From Moniliella sp. 'wahieum' (lineage: Eukaryota), in NCBI GenBank assembly GCA_003971905.1, contig RSEE01000046.1, positions 310,001-374,000 on the forward strand: a DNA stretch of 64,000 bases. Direction: 5' to 3'. A program made the position numbers and the translations under genes. The first letter of the stretch is position 1. Each line of letters opens with the position of its first letter. The notes beneath the pieces were generated by a model. The model saw only the letters and a program-made list of their open reading frames with translations, had not been told where the DNA came from and did no database searches. This document shows positions 38,601 to 51,729 of this stretch, piece by piece.

Positions 38601-40142
38601 GGTGATGGAGAAAGACAACCAACACTGCGCTTGCTGGCGGAGACCGTTTCCTCCCTATTACTCATAGACAATGAGAGTGTTGCCGGATCAGGAAATCGAT
38701 CCCGATGTCGGATTCGACCCATGGCGTGCCTGTCCAGGCCCAATCTCCAACACATCGCTACTCACCCGCCGCAAGAGCATACTCGCTCGGCCCTACAGCA
38801 AGCCTTCCTCCCACCGTGATTCGATCAGCGACAATGAATCGATTGCCTGTGTCGGAGAGGAACGACGTGGTGTCCCAGTTTGGTATTTCGGTTCAGGATG
38901 AGGGCCGTGCGATTGCTCTACGGAACGCCCTTGAGATGCGCCAACGAGCCGCCATGAACCGAACGTTCATCCTGGTGCGGATTCCTCAAACCGTGTTTTG
39001 CCTTTCGTTCAAGGGTGCTAAGGACAAATCGATCACTGACTTGTACGACGTCGTGGTCAAGTCACCCGAATTTGAATACCACAACCAGACTTGGTCGTAT
39101 GAAGATCTGGTCAATCACTACAAACGGAGTATGTCCTTCTTTCTTTACGCACGTACTTTTTTCTGACCTTGGTTTTGCTTCGCAGAGCTCTTCCGTGCTG
39201 CCTGGAACCAGCGAACTACTCTCTTACGAGGATTCCTCACTCAACGACCCACCAAGATCTCGGCCAAGTTAGCCATGCTAGACAAGACTCGTTCCCAGGC
39301 GGGACGCCTACAAAAGACAATTGATCGGGAACCGTCCGATAAGGATGCCCGCATGACCATTCTCGATGACGAGGGTGAATACAATGAGCAATGGTTGGAT
39401 CAAGCTCTTCTTTCTCCCCAAAATTCCCCCCGCACGTTGTCAACCAGCAACCCCCTGTGGTACTCGTTGGTTCCCTATCCACCACTGACTCATCCGCCCG
39501 CCCCTCTACCCTGAAGGTTCTTCCCCACAGGGCGAGCAAGAGGTGGGCCTGCTATTTTCGGACCAGACCGAACTTTTCAACTCACCCGCTTCAAGTCACA
39601 TATCGCTTCGTGAAGCCGATGAGGAGGCAGGCCCATCGCCTCCCGAGATGGGCCCGAACCCTTCATCTCGTGAGAACTCGAGGAAATCGTCTCATGGATT
39701 TGTCAATGGGGCGTCAGCACGTTTGGCTCCTGTGATCGCTCCGTTTTGGGATCATCTCATCCCCCCCTCTTTCCACTCTGCAGGATCCCGACTTGGCTTG
39801 ACTTTGAGCCGATCTGCTTCTCACAAGTCAGCGCCACTGGTCCCTTGCCAGACCCACACTCCAATCTTTTTGGTTCCGCGTCGCCCTCTCCTCCTTCTCC
39901 CCTGGTGCACAGCTGGCCCACTCTCACTCCACTCCGTCCCCGGCGTTGGCCACAGTGGGGGCAACAGGAGGAACCACAGTTTCTTCCCCTCCAACGGCAC
40001 GCCTGTGCCCCCGAGTGGAAAGGAGCCTTCGGCGAGTCACCTAAAACCCAACCGCCGAGGAAACGCTTGGACTCAACCACCACTCGCACACGTCTTGCAT
40101 CTCTTCTGGGGGGAAGAGGAAAAGTCGCCCCCCAGGCCGTAA
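29638..40142 (+). CDS. FMP27: Bridge-like lipid transfer protein FMP27/Hobbit (BLTP2/KIAA0100 family)
   Basis: N-terminal TM helices. Family motifs DDPFE, IRDYPLPL, SWGASYQ, DPSPKL-GFWDK, RDPY, NSLHITP...HFWAW, PIRQGKLF, KFGPHLATIKY, PQIVLR, PVGGIS...HPLRVQLE, EMRQRA...FCLSFKG and EYHNQTWSYEDL. Introns 36428-36497 and 39129-39185. Many frameshifts. Confidence 0.93.
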
Positions 40143-40482
40143 GTAGGGCTGGGCGTTTTCTCTCCCCCTGATCGTCCGATCTCTTCGTCCGCATCTCGTT
40201 ATTCAAGGTTTGCCACGTTTGCGGTATTGCACCATCTAAAGGATCTCATCGATCTCATCTGCATATCTAAATGATCCCGCACCCTCGTTCCAGTCTTGGC
40301 CCGAACTAGTTTCCCTCCTAGCGGTTATACGATCTATATATACCAACGGGGCATGCAACAGGCAGAGAAAGACGTGGTATAGCACAGCAGCAGTAGTGGT
40401 GGACAACAGAAGATAAAGATGTGCAGGTGGGAGGAAGGGGTAGGAACAACAGAACTGCACACGCAGTGGCCCGATCAAGTAC

Positions 40483-42018
40483 TCAGAGCTTAGATGTGAA
40501 CCAGCCGGGAGGGGCAGGCTTCGACTCGACAAAGGTCGTTTTAACCGAAAGGTACTCACGCAGCCCCTCCTCGCCCACTCGCGTCCTGCCCGACATGCCA
40601 TACCCACCCCACTCAGCAGCAGCGGTGTAGGGGCCGTAGGTGTTGATCCACGTCGTACCTGCACGGATCTTCTTGGCACACGCTCAGCACGCGCCCGATC
40701 CTTCGACTGAACACCCGCAGCCAAGCCAAACGGCGTGTCATTGGCCAGCGGATTGCTCTGCCTCATCGTTGTGGGGGAAGCGCTCGACAGTGAGAATGGG
40801 GCCAAACGTTTCCTCTTGGACAATGCGCATCTTGCCATTGCAAGCGTCAAAGATAGTAGGGAGGAAGAAGTTGCCCTTGGCCAAGTCGGGGAACTTCTTG
40901 GGGTCAGGTTGCGTGCCGCCAACCAGAAGCTTGGCCCCTTCGGACTTGCCCAGTTCGACGTACGCCTTAATCTTCTCGAGGTGTTCAGCGCTAACCAACG
41001 GCCCCGTCTCTGATTTGGGGTCCAAACCCGACCCCATCCGGACGTTGCGTGCCTTTTCAATCACCTTCTCCAACAACGCATCTGCGATCGTCTCATCCAC
41101 AATCAAGCGCGCGCCCGAGCTGCACACTTGACCCGAGTGCAAGAACACCCGTTGCCACCACATCGGCGGCCCAATCAAGATCCACATCCGCAAACACCAC
41201 ATTCGGGTTCTTTCCACCCAGCTCGACCAAGGTCTTCTTGACGGTCCCAGCGCACGACTGAATAATCCGCCGGCCTGTCGTCAGGCCCCTGTGAAGCTCA
41301 CCAGATCCACATCGGGGCTCTCGTCATGGTAGGACCCACGCGAGCCCCGCCAGCGGTAGAAGCTGGAATGCGCCTGACGGGATCCCAACGCTGGGGTCGA
41401 GCAGAATCTTGCGCACCACATAGACAGTCGAGAGGGGCGTGACCTCACTAGGCTTGATGATCACCGCGTTGCCAGCGACAAGGCGGGAGCCAGTTCCAGA
41501 AAACTGCAGAATGGGGTAGTTCCACGGCATGATCAGCACGCACACCCCCACCGGTTCAGCATTGACAGTCGTCACGACCGATTCGGGGATGGCATCGTCC
41601 TTGATGGTGCGGGCGAGTCGTATTTGAGAGCCTCCTTGGCATAGAAGCGGCAGACAGTAGTCACATCGTCAATGTCAATCTTACTCTCCTCAAATGTCTT
41701 GCCCGTATCAATCGTCTCGATCGTTGCCAGCTCCTCCTTGTACTTTTGCAACAGATCAGCAATGGCAAGCAGACTTTGGCACGTGCTGAAACGACGTTTT
41801 GGTGTGGTCCGCCCACGGAGAGGTGGAAAGAACCGACGGGCAGCCGCGACAGCGTCAGCGGCATCTTGGGGGGCAGCCTCGTCGAGCTGCTGGATGACCG
41901 AGCGGTCGTACGGGTTGATGGTGGGGCGGAGGGCGCCATCGGCAGCGTGGCGCCACTCCCATCAATGAAGAGGGTGGGGCGGGCAACGGTGGCAAGGGCC
42001 GTGGCAGCGTCGAGGCAT
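40483..42018 (-). CDS. Aldehyde dehydrogenase, betaine aldehyde dehydrogenase (GbsA-like) type, intronless
   Basis: [35 protein letters not shown], catalytic VELGGKNP and [32 protein letters not shown]. Stop TGA at 40483-40485. Confidence 0.9.
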
Positions 42019-42076
42019 GGCGCGTGGGGAGCAGGGGGGACGGGGTGGGGAAGATGATAAGAGGCGAGTCGGGCAG

Positions 42077-42084
42077 TATTTATA
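42077..42084 (-). promoter_or_regulatory. TATA box (TATAAATA) of the ALDH gene
   Basis: About 60 bp upstream of the ATG at 42018, in a GC-rich background. Confidence 0.55.
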
Positions 42085-44460
42085 GCAGGCTCAGCGCTAA
42101 ACGACGGCGACTTGCCGTGCACGGAACCCTTCCCACTTCAAATTTCGCGACAGGCGTCGGTCGAACTGGCGCCCACACTGCCCTGTGCCTCCCCAGTGGG
42201 CCCGCGGCTCTTCTCGCCAGGACCGCCCAGGCATGAAACTTTCACACGGCGCTTCGAACATGGTAGCAGCAGTGATGAATCATCACATCGGCCAGAGGCA
42301 AGGGTCCATGACGGCCTAAGGCCTAAGGCCTAATACTTGAGGGAAAGGGACTACCCACTGGCTCCGCAGCCTCTCCAGCCGCATCGTCTGGAGATCATGC
42401 CGCCGGTATCCTCACCCCAGGCCTCCTGATGCCTCCTAATGTTTTCTGAGGGCCTGTGGTCCAATGGTCTTAGGGAACCGAGGTTCCGTCGGCACGTCGT
42501 TTCATCAGAGAGGCCGGCGGGATTTCACCCATTGTCCGCTCTCGGATGGCCCGGCTGTCAACTCACGTAACGCGCCGTTGAGGTCTCCCTCGCCCTCTGC
42601 CGTTCCCGGACCCGATTCTCATTGTCGATGCAGGAGTCCTTCTCATGTGTCCTCTCCCCGCGCCTTGCCAGTCTCAGCATCGCGGTCATTGATTCGGGAG
42701 AGTAGGACCGATAAGGACGTTGGCAAAAGAACACTTCACTGCTATGAGTTCCAGCTCGTACAGTGAAGCCTGAAGAAAAAGAACTAATGGGATGGGCTAG
42801 GAGCTGATGGGTGTAGGAATGCATTGACAGGACACCAGAGGGGTTAATCGGAAAGGAGACGTACCGGGAAAAAAAAAGTCCAGGAACGCCTGTAAATGGT
42901 AGAAATAGATGGATATGACCGGAGCGCGGGTTCTTGTGGTTGCCGGATGATGTTCGAGGTTGCCCTCCGAGAGATAGTATGGCAGCAAGAAACAATCTGA
43001 AGAGTTGAGGGTCAGCAACCAATTCGAAGTCATGAATCAGAAAGCTCAGTGAGGTAACTATTGTTCTCATAGCCGACTCAACTCTCCGAGGAGAGGAATC
43101 AGGCGTGCGAAGAGCTGGGTTAGAAGTCAGGCGTATAGCCTTTTGTCATCCTGAAAGGATGAGGACAAGAGAGTATAACTTACCCAGCAAGAGAGCAAAC
43201 GAAAACAAGACGAAGGTGCCAACAGAGACCAGTCGGGATGGAAAAGACATAGGAATCGGGCGGAGCCACAGCCAGAGCCACGAGGGACAAGTGTTCTTTG
43301 GGTGGGAGGGGTGGTGGTAGACAAGAAGTTGAGAAGCAGGCATCTGAAGAAGTTTTTCCCTCTCCAAGCCCGGAACAAATCAAGATGACGTAATACACAT
43401 CCAAATCCGCCCGTCGCTGCCTCCACGTCCTAACCTGAGGGTGATATGTGACCGGTGACGGCCATGCGTGCGCTCGAGAGATGGCGCATAGTGGCGCAGC
43501 CACACCGCGCTGCCACGCGCGAGTGGAGCCGAAGAGGCGGATGGTGATGAATGGAGACGGAAGAGCAGTGAAGCTAGTGACGCGTGGCCACTACCGTTGG
43601 ACTTGCAATGCGACGGATCCAGCGATTGGGTGGTTGGGCGTTGTTTCCCTGACGCCTGACGATAACCTGGAGGCCGCCACAGCCGAGCCAGAAGCAAGCG
43701 CCAGCCGCTTCGCCATGCCAGCCCACCCAACCAGCCTCCCTCACGTGCGGCAGTTCGACGGCCCGAGCAAGTTGTGGCCAATATTGAAAGTTGAAATGTA
43801 CCGCCACTCATCATGCATCAACGTGCAGCGCATGCACGCTTCAACGCACCTTCACATTTCAACTTCAACGTTCAACGCTTCAATCGGCTGTGCATCGTGG
43901 CTGCGGCATGCTGTGGCCCCGTGCCCCCTCCATCGCGCGCTGGACGGGGGCAGCATAACCGGGGGCAGCAGAGTGCAGCTCGCAGCACAGTAGATTGAAC
44001 TGCTGCTGCACGGAGGCGGGGCTCAGCGCGGCTCGGGGCCGGGGGCACAGGCGCACTGTGTGATGAAGAAACGCTGCGGTGCTCGCGTCAGGGTGGCGAT
44101 CGAAATGAGACGTAGATCGCCGCCTGGGCCGCTGCAGCGCACCGGTGTCCGCCCTGTGCGTCGGCGTCGTGGCGGTGCGCTGTGCTGCTCTGTGCCATGC
44201 AGGCGACGGCGCGGCGGCTGGGCAGCGCCGCATCGGAGCGGTGATGCTGCCACCAACACCCTGACCGCCACGCCGCGCGCCGCACAGGCGCCGTGCCTGC
44301 CCCCCGTCTTTGCTCGGCCGTGGCTGGGTGGCAGACTGCCGCCGTCCCTCTCTCGCTCCGCCATGCCCACCACTCGGCCCTGGTAGCCTCTGCCCCCTCC
44401 CACGCCACCACCAACTCCTCCTCTTTGCCCCCCGTCCACCTCCCGCACCCCCTCATACCC

Positions 44461-44932
44461 ATGTTTGGTCGGTCCATTCTTCTTGCCTTTGCGGCATCAG
44501 TCTTGCTCCTCGCTGTTTCCGTCTCAGCCCAGGTATGTCTTTTCTCCAGCCGCGCCAGCCCACGCGGTGCAGTGCCTCAGTGCCTGCCTGCTCTGCGCCG
44601 CAGCAACTGACTCCTCCCCTAGGCTCTCGGTGGCGGTGCGGCGCCCACGTCGACGCAAGCCGTGTTGCAAACAATTTCCGGGTATACGCCCCCCGCCTCT
44701 TCCCAGATCGGCACACCCTCCGTTGCCGCCGGCTCCGTGATGGCGGGCACGAACGATTCCCGGATGGAGCACGCAGGCCGGGCGGTGCAGGCCACCCAGG
44801 GGGGGTCTACTTTGGTGGTGGAAACAAGGAAGGTCCTCGGCCGTCGGCTCTTCGCCAGCACCCTCGCTCCACCCCGCACTCGGCATGGCCTTCCTGGCCA
44901 GCCTGGCTGGCGTCTTGTTTACCCTGGCGTAA
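44461..44932 (+). CDS. Small secreted, probably GPI-anchored Ser/Thr/Gly-rich protein
   Basis: Signal peptide MFGRSILLAFAASVLLLAVSVSAQ, intron 44533-44622 (GTATGT..CTGAC..TAG), and hydrophobic tail LGMAFLASLAGVLFTLA stop reached through one frameshift. Confidence 0.75.
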
Positions 44933-45533
44933 CTTGTTCCCAGCATTTGCTCCCACCTTTTTTGGGCATGGACTCCTCTCCCCCCCCCCCCCCCTGCTCC
45001 CTTCCCTTTCATCTCGCCACTGCATGAACGTTCAGTATTGTTGTTACTACTCGGAACGCTACGTGCAGGTGTGGTAGCCGGCTTCCTTCCCGAATTGCCT
45101 GGGCCCCACCGAGTTGTCACAGACGACTCACTACGGCTCTGATTTGGGCACAGTAAACAACTACCTTCCTTTGAGAATCTACGCGAGCATTTGGTTCCGT
45201 TCGGTTTCTACATTGGGACTCGGCAGCTAGGTTCTACTGCAGTTCAGCAACGTTGTTCGATGCTAGGGTCAGAATCAAAGGGTAAGAATTTGTGACAGCC
45301 TCTCCGAGCTTAGCTCGGTAGGTGAAGGCAAAGAATACCAAGCAGGCCCGCCCAGGAGCGAGTATCGGTAGGGAGGACATGCATGCGGTAAGGAGGGGCA
45401 AGTTGGTCAGGCACGCTTCCTGGTCTGAGGCTGGAGGTGAAGTGTAGCAAGAACGCAGGCAAGAGTCCGGAACGGAAGGCCGGTGAGGTTCCAATGTCGT
45501 AGGTTCTGTCCGTTCGCTCGTCTCCTGAATGCG

Positions 45534-45910
45534 TTACTTGCGCGTCATTGGCGGATCCGGAATGAAGAACCGAACCAGTTCAAAGACGACTGAATCAAAC
45601 GAGGTTAGTATGGGCCGCAAGGAATAGATAGGCAAGGGGGATACGCACCTCCGCCTACTACGACGAACAGTAGCAGGAAGACCAGACCGGCAGAGATGGG
45701 CGGCTTGCGCGCGTTCTTCTCCGCCCGCGTGGGGCGGACAACGGATTTGCCTGCACGCATAGTTGCGGCATTCTGGAGAACAGGAACGTCAGTATCCAGT
45801 ACGCGATGCATGGCAAGGGAGGACCGCAGCATGCCGGGGACCAAAAGGTGGCAGGGATCGGGGTCACCTACCCGTTCATTCTTAGCACGAATGTCCCTTG
45901 CGCCCGCCAT
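45534..45910 (-). CDS. Stress-associated ER protein RAMP4/SERP1 (Ysy6-like)
   Basis: MAGARDIRAKNER...RAGK...KPPISAGLVFLLLFVVVGG...VFELVRFF, a tail-anchored ~70-aa pattern with two introns. Confidence 0.85.
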
Positions 45911-46208
45911 GATGCAAAACGAGGTAGAAAGGGAAGGAGAGGAGGGTCTGGTTCGGGATGGGCTCAAGTAGCACCGAGATGGGGAAGCGCTTGGGCAGAG
46001 TAAACGCTGGTGGTGGGCCTAGCAACGCAGGCCTCAACCCACTATTGAACGTTGACCGTACTCAGCTGATGCTGATGATGTGGGTGAGGAGGGGCGCACC
46101 ACGTGGAAGGCTGCTTCCGCAGCGGAATTAGGGTGCTTCATTTAACCACGGCTCGAAATACCAGCCAGCCAATTTGATGAGGGTGCGATGCTACGACGTG
46201 CCATCGCC

Positions 46209-46878
46209 ATGCCCAGGACCGAGGCAGGCGAAGAAGGAGCGGTGCGCAGGCACCCCCAGACAGCAGCCGAAAAGCAGGCTGCCGAGCTGGCTCGGTTGAT
46301 GAAGAACCCGGAGAAACTGGCTCCTGTACCAGCGGCCAAGAACAGCATTCCCACTCTCCGCCCACCCAAGGATATTATCAAGAACGTTTCCGGCTCTTCC
46401 GCTGGCGCCGGCAGCGGGGACTTTCATGTCTACAAGCATGCGCGTCGCAGGGAGTATGAACGTGTCAAGATTATGGAGATGACAGATTCCAGGGTGCGTT
46501 CCGTCTTACTGACCTTGCCAGGGAGAGTAGATGGGTTGCCCTCGCCAGGTTTTGCTGGTCGGATTGTTCTTCTCGTATGCAATACTAACGAGCCAGTCTC
46601 TAGACCAAGGAGCAGAAAGCGTTTGAAGAGGAGCACGCGGCGCGTCAAGCTGCCCTGGAGGACAAGACGAGCAAAAACAAGGCCAAGCGTGACAAGCGCA
46701 AGGCTGCGCAGCAACGAGCCAAGGCGGCCAAAGCGGCCGGAGCCAGTGTGCCCGCATCTTCCCCTGCCAAGCACCCATCACGCCCGGAGACGGAAGAGCC
46801 AGCTGCCAAAAAACGCAAAACGGTCGCGCCGATGCCGAGGAGATTGCGTTCGTCCCGCGCGAAGACGGTGAGGAATAA
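46209..46878 (+). CDS. PRKR-interacting protein 1 (DUF1168) spliceosome factor
   Basis: NVSGSSAGAGSGDFHVYKHARRREYER, intron 46494-46603, then KTSKNKAKRDKRK. Stop at 46876-46878. Confidence 0.92.
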
Positions 46879-47242
46879 CCTGTAAACTATGTACCCTGCC
46901 CCTCACATTGGCTGGGGTGGCGTTCTCTCTGGCGCATGGTTGAGTTTGCAGCCTGAGTTCTGGCCCAGACAGATAGGTATCGCCAGGTGATGGATGGCTT
47001 CTACAGCACGGCCGGATCGAGCCAAACGGAGTGGGTGGAATGAAGGTGGGAGCCTGCGGGCCAGAATCGCGGTGGGAACGGGGGCACGGTAGACAAACAC
47101 AGCCGTTGAACATTTCGATTCCGATGGTTTTCAGCATGTGCCAGGGCCTGCGTGGGCGGGGACCGGGCCAAGACGTGCGGGGCAGCCGGCATCATGATGA
47201 CGGGCGCAGGGTCTGCTCCTTCTGCACCACCACCCTGCCGCC

Positions 47243-49458
47243 ATGGCTTCCATTGGAGCCCCCCCCAGCGCTGTCGACGCTTTCAACGAGGCTGACGCCC
47301 GTGGCGATGGGACGGCTGCCACGCACCACTGCTACTGATGCCTTGGAAGCAGGCATGCCCACCCGGGAGGATGTGGTGGGCGAATCCAAGGCCGGCGCCG
47401 AGCCGAGATGGAATCCGAGACGGATACAGAGATCGTCTCTGAGAGCGACGGCTACGACCTGACCTCCAGCCTCTATCAGACCTTGATGTTGTCAACCTCC
47501 CCACTGGAGTTGTCAGGCTCCTATCCACCTTTCGTCCCGTTATTGCTACGCTCAATGGGGCCGTTCGCTTGGCCACATGGACTGCTGGACCTCATAGCGC
47601 TCCTTTGAGTGTGCTCCTCGTCCTTGCGTGGTGGGCAGTGTGCAAGTTCGCGTACCCTCTGATCCGGTACGCGCCGCAACTCCTACTCCTCACATCGATC
47701 GGATGGTACTACCTCAAAGCCCATTGGGCGCCGCTGCCCAACGCGTCCCACTCAAGCAGATTGAGGACGTAAGGATGGGCAGTGAACGCGTTGTTGTTCA
47801 GGGGGACCAAGAGGACCAGATTATCACTGTGGACAATGCCGCAAGCTTGGCCACCACCATTGCCCAGTTAGAAGAACTCGCGGATTTCGCTAGCACCATC
47901 TATTCGCACTTGATCCGTCCCCTGCGTCGAGCCGTTGACTGGTCTGACCCACAAGCCACCCTGGCCTTGGCCGTGTTTTTGGTCGTCACCTATCCTCTCT
48001 ATTTGGCTTGTGTGTTCCCTTGGAGCATCTCGGCCTCCCTCGGGCTGCGCTCGTCTTTGTCCCCGCTGGTACTGGAGCGGCAGGCGCAGTATGCCTCGCA
48101 TCTTCTTGGGCCTGGCACCATATTGCCCTTCTTACCACGGAGGGGGCGGACTATCTGATCGACTGGATCTCTCAGTATGAGAAGGGTGAACAGCTCGTTC
48201 GCAGTACTCAACCTGTGATTGCCATGGTGACGCACTACTGGTCCGTTGTGCACCCTTATGTTCGTGCTGCAAGCAGACAGGGAATCGCTCTGAGCCGTAC
48301 CGTGAGCCTTCGGGTACTTCACACCGTACGTGGGAAGCGTTTGCCATCCCTCTTGCCCCCCTTTCCCTCTTTTCAGCTTGGACGTATCGACTGTGCTCCT
48401 TATCGTGGGAACCCTGGTGCTCACCTGGTGCTCCCCTGTCTTTGTCCTCATTCGCCACGCCTTATGGAGCAGCGCTCTTGTACGTTATCTAACTCGCCGC
48501 GCGGCCAGCGCAGTGACCCTAGGCTACCTGGGGCAGAAGGACATGACCTACTACAAACTGCATGACATCTTTGTCAAGCGGGCATACAATGTGGCTGGCC
48601 CCCTAAAGTCTTCTCATATGGTGGAGCCATTGGACCAGCAAAACGATCGGGATCCCTTCCATCTCGACGACCAACAGCCGAGTCCGATCATTGGTCCCGC
48701 CTTGCCTGAGGACATTCTCAAGTCCATTTCTCATGGGCGTGGAGGAAGATCGAAGAACTCCGCGATGTTGTCTACCAGTTCTCCATTTACGAAAACCAGC
48801 GGTGGTGGGTCGGTTTGGACTGGACTGCGGCTTTTACCCCAAGAACGAGCGAGCTGGTACGTTGCCTTCCACTTTTGAGTGTACACCCTGACCCGTCGGT
48901 TCCTTCTTGCAGGTCGGACGAGCAAAACAATGCCGTACTTCCCCCGACCTCCTTTACCCTGCCAGACCCCAAGTTGCAACTCAACCCTGTTGGGACTGAT
49001 GGGCTGTACGTCAAACGTCTTTCCCGTTGGGAGTGGATCGACTCGGAGTGGACGATCGCCGGAACCGGGTACATTTCGGCCATGCCTCAGTACGTCACAC
49101 GTAATGAGGACGACGACGGAGCTTCCACCATCGCCGGGGCATGGTGAGTGGTCTGGGCGGACAGGCAGCTGCATTGGCAGGCACCTTGAGCGACTCGCTC
49201 CGTGCGCGGCTGACGGCTACCAACCAACTGGCTCTCTCCACCTTTGGTGCCGAGGCGCCTACCTCTGCCCCCGACACGGTGGAGGTCGATCCTGACGGCT
49301 GGCAATATGGTGGTAACAGCTGGGAGAACATGACCCCTCGCCCTGGTATGGGCAAGTACAACCCCCACCGCAAGTGGGTCCGGCGTGCAGTGCTGGTGGA
49401 GGTGGTGCAACGTGGCTACACGCCTTCGCCGGAGGAGATCAAGGCGGCCGAGGAGTAG
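47243..49458 (+). CDS. Pex23/Pex30-family peroxin/ER contact protein (TM region + dysferlin domain)
   Basis: TM segments after an LL.W motif. Dysferlin signatures IYENQRWWVGLDWT, W.W...EW and DPDGWQYG.NSW...RKWVRRA. Intron near 48857-48912. Confidence 0.85.
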
Positions 49459-49996
49459 ACAGCGTCATGTGCTGGTAATCGTGCTTCGGATCGAATAGTG
49501 CTCGTCGGCCTGACTATGTTGGTTGAGGCTACCATAGATGGCACATAGCTATTGAGGGGATGCGCCGAATATGGGTTGGCGCTCATAGATCAAGTTCACT
49601 GCGTCGGGAAGACATTTGCCAGGTGAAACCGGTAGGTTGGCATTGTTGAGCAGCGTTGCGCGAGCGCTGAGTTTCCCACCAGGCGCAGACCTGCTGACGA
49701 CGCACAGGTGGATGGAGAGTCTTCGATATAACTGTGGGGTAGGAATAGTTGCAGGCAAGGGGGCAGACGATGATCATGGATCGTAGTCACCGGCAAGACG
49801 CCTTATTATGTTCGGCGCCAGCAGGTGCCAGCCCCAGCCGGCTCTCCAGCAGAGCTTGCTGCGGCAACGCGGGGCACGAGGCCACTGTATATTTGAATTA
49901 ATTGAAGCGCCCCCCCCTAGCATGATCCGTCGTCTACCTCCATCTCCCGCCATGCCACACCAGCCTCCTTACCAACAACACCTCTAGTTGATCAAG

Positions 49997-50392
49997 ATGA
50001 AGCACGTCGCCGCTTACCTCCTGCTCGTTTCTGGTGGCAACGCCGCCCCCTCGGCCAAGGACGTCACTGCCCTCCTTGCCACCGTCGGCATTGAGGCCGA
50101 CGCTGAGCGCCTCGAGAAGGTCGTCGCCGAGCTCGCCGGCAAGGACGTCTCGGAGGTACGTTATCCCCTCCTACATGACTCCCAACGAACACAAACTGAC
50201 CTTTCCCCTGCACAGCTGATTGCCCAGGGCGCTGAGAAGCTCGCCTCGGTCCCCGCTGGCGGTGCCGTCGCCGCGGCTGCCCCTGCTGCTGGCGCTGCCG
50301 CTGCCGGTGACGCCCCCGCCGCTGAGGAGAAGAAGGAGGAGAAGGAGGAGGAGGAGTCTGACGACGACATGGGCTTTGGTCTCTTCGACTAA
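49997..50392 (+). CDS. RPP2: 60S acidic ribosomal protein P2
   Basis: [10 protein letters not shown]...[13 protein letters not shown], with a 60-nt intron at 50156-50215. Confidence 0.98.
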   Translation: MKHVAAYLLLVSGGNAAPSAKDVTALLATVGIEADAERLEKVVAELAGKDVSEVRYPLLHDSQRTQTDLSPAQLIAQGAEKLASVPAGGAVAAAAPAAGAAAAGDAPAAEEKKEEKEEEESDDDMGFGLFD

Positions 50393-51228
50393 ACGCATAT
50401 CGTTCCCTCATCTACTCCTGTCTCCCGTCCCCCTGCCCTTTGGCCCCAGTGCTGTTAATGGGTTAAGGGGGCGTCCCAAAAGTTGGTCTGTATGCCCAAG
50501 ACTGTCTATGGCCTACATATGCATTTCTACGGTCGTCGACCCCCCACCCTCTTTTTGTTCTCGATATAGATTGGTGCGACATACCGCATGACTGGCCTTT
50601 GAGCATCATTGTTCTTCACCTCTTTCAGTGTGAGTGACAGGATCGACATGTATAAACGTTAACCCCCAATGGCCAGTCCACATTTATCCGTGGATATAGC
50701 GTAGGACTGTCAGCTATGGCGTGGCCATGCGCTAAGAAGAAAAGTGTCAGGACAGTATGTGCAACATGGAAAAAAGGATAGGCAAAAGAGGACGCAAACA
50801 CGAGATGTATAAAAAGGCACTGTTGCGGAGTGGGATGGATCCTGTAGGTTGAACGAATGCTGGGGGCAGCCTGGGTCAACTCAGTCACACTGTTGGCGGC
50901 GTGCTCTTTTCGATTGCGATGTGAGGCTGGTGGCGTTATATGACGTGGGCTGAAGCGCTACAGTTGGAAGCAGCCGGTAGTCCAATGAGCTACCCCTGCC
51001 CGCGACCGGGCCAGACGGGCAAGGTCCCCGTCCCGGCCAACCAACAGTGTCATGCGGTTACCCTACTGTCAACTGGGGCTTCTCCCGTCGGACAGCAAGA
51101 AGGTATTTAAACTCGAGAAGTCCCGCTTCCATCGGCCATAATTCCCCCTGCTGGCGAACACAGGTGCACCTACGACTCTCCCACGACCACTCTCTCTGCT
51201 CCCAGCACACCCAATCCCAATAGGTATT

Positions 51229-51297
51229 GTAGTCGCCCTTTCTCTCTGTGGGTCCTACTAGGCATGTTCCCTTGCTGCCCCAGTTGACCGGCCCGCC
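51229..51297 (-). mobile_element. Possible highly decayed Ty1/copia RNase H fragment
   Basis: GGPVNWGSK-x11-GDY has the same spacing as the copia GGPISWxSK-x11-AEY motif. No other domains or LTRs seen. Confidence 0.25.
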
Positions 51298-51729
51298 CCC
51301 ATTTTCGAGCTGAAGCTGCCCCTGTCCCTGAGGACCGCAATGCGCAGGTTGCGAATGCATTTCGACGGGTGCGCGAAGCCATTGTTTCGCAGCAGGCGGA
51401 CGGGCGCGCTCCCATTCCAGCACCAACACCGGGTCTGGCGCCTGCTCTCAACGTTCAACGTTCACGCGAATGCCCCCGCCACTGAGGACCACCTGAGTAC
51501 ACAGACAGCTCAACCTGATAACCCAGTATATCGCTCCCGTTGTCGTAAAAAAGATGCAACCAGCCCAATAGACAGGGACGAGTGCGACTTCGACAGGCAG
51601 AGCCGGGCATGCGGCGCACAAATCCCCCCCCCTACGACGGGAGGCAAGCGACGGGGTAGGCAAAATGAACAAAAGGGCAAGCGGGAAATGCGGAGCTTAC
51701 GCGCTCCAATGTCCGGAGCCCGGCAACGT

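Noticed and set aside
29638..49458. Membrane-contact-site cluster (FMP27, Pex30-like, RAMP4)
   Set aside because: The functional link is loose and the co-location is compatible with chance.
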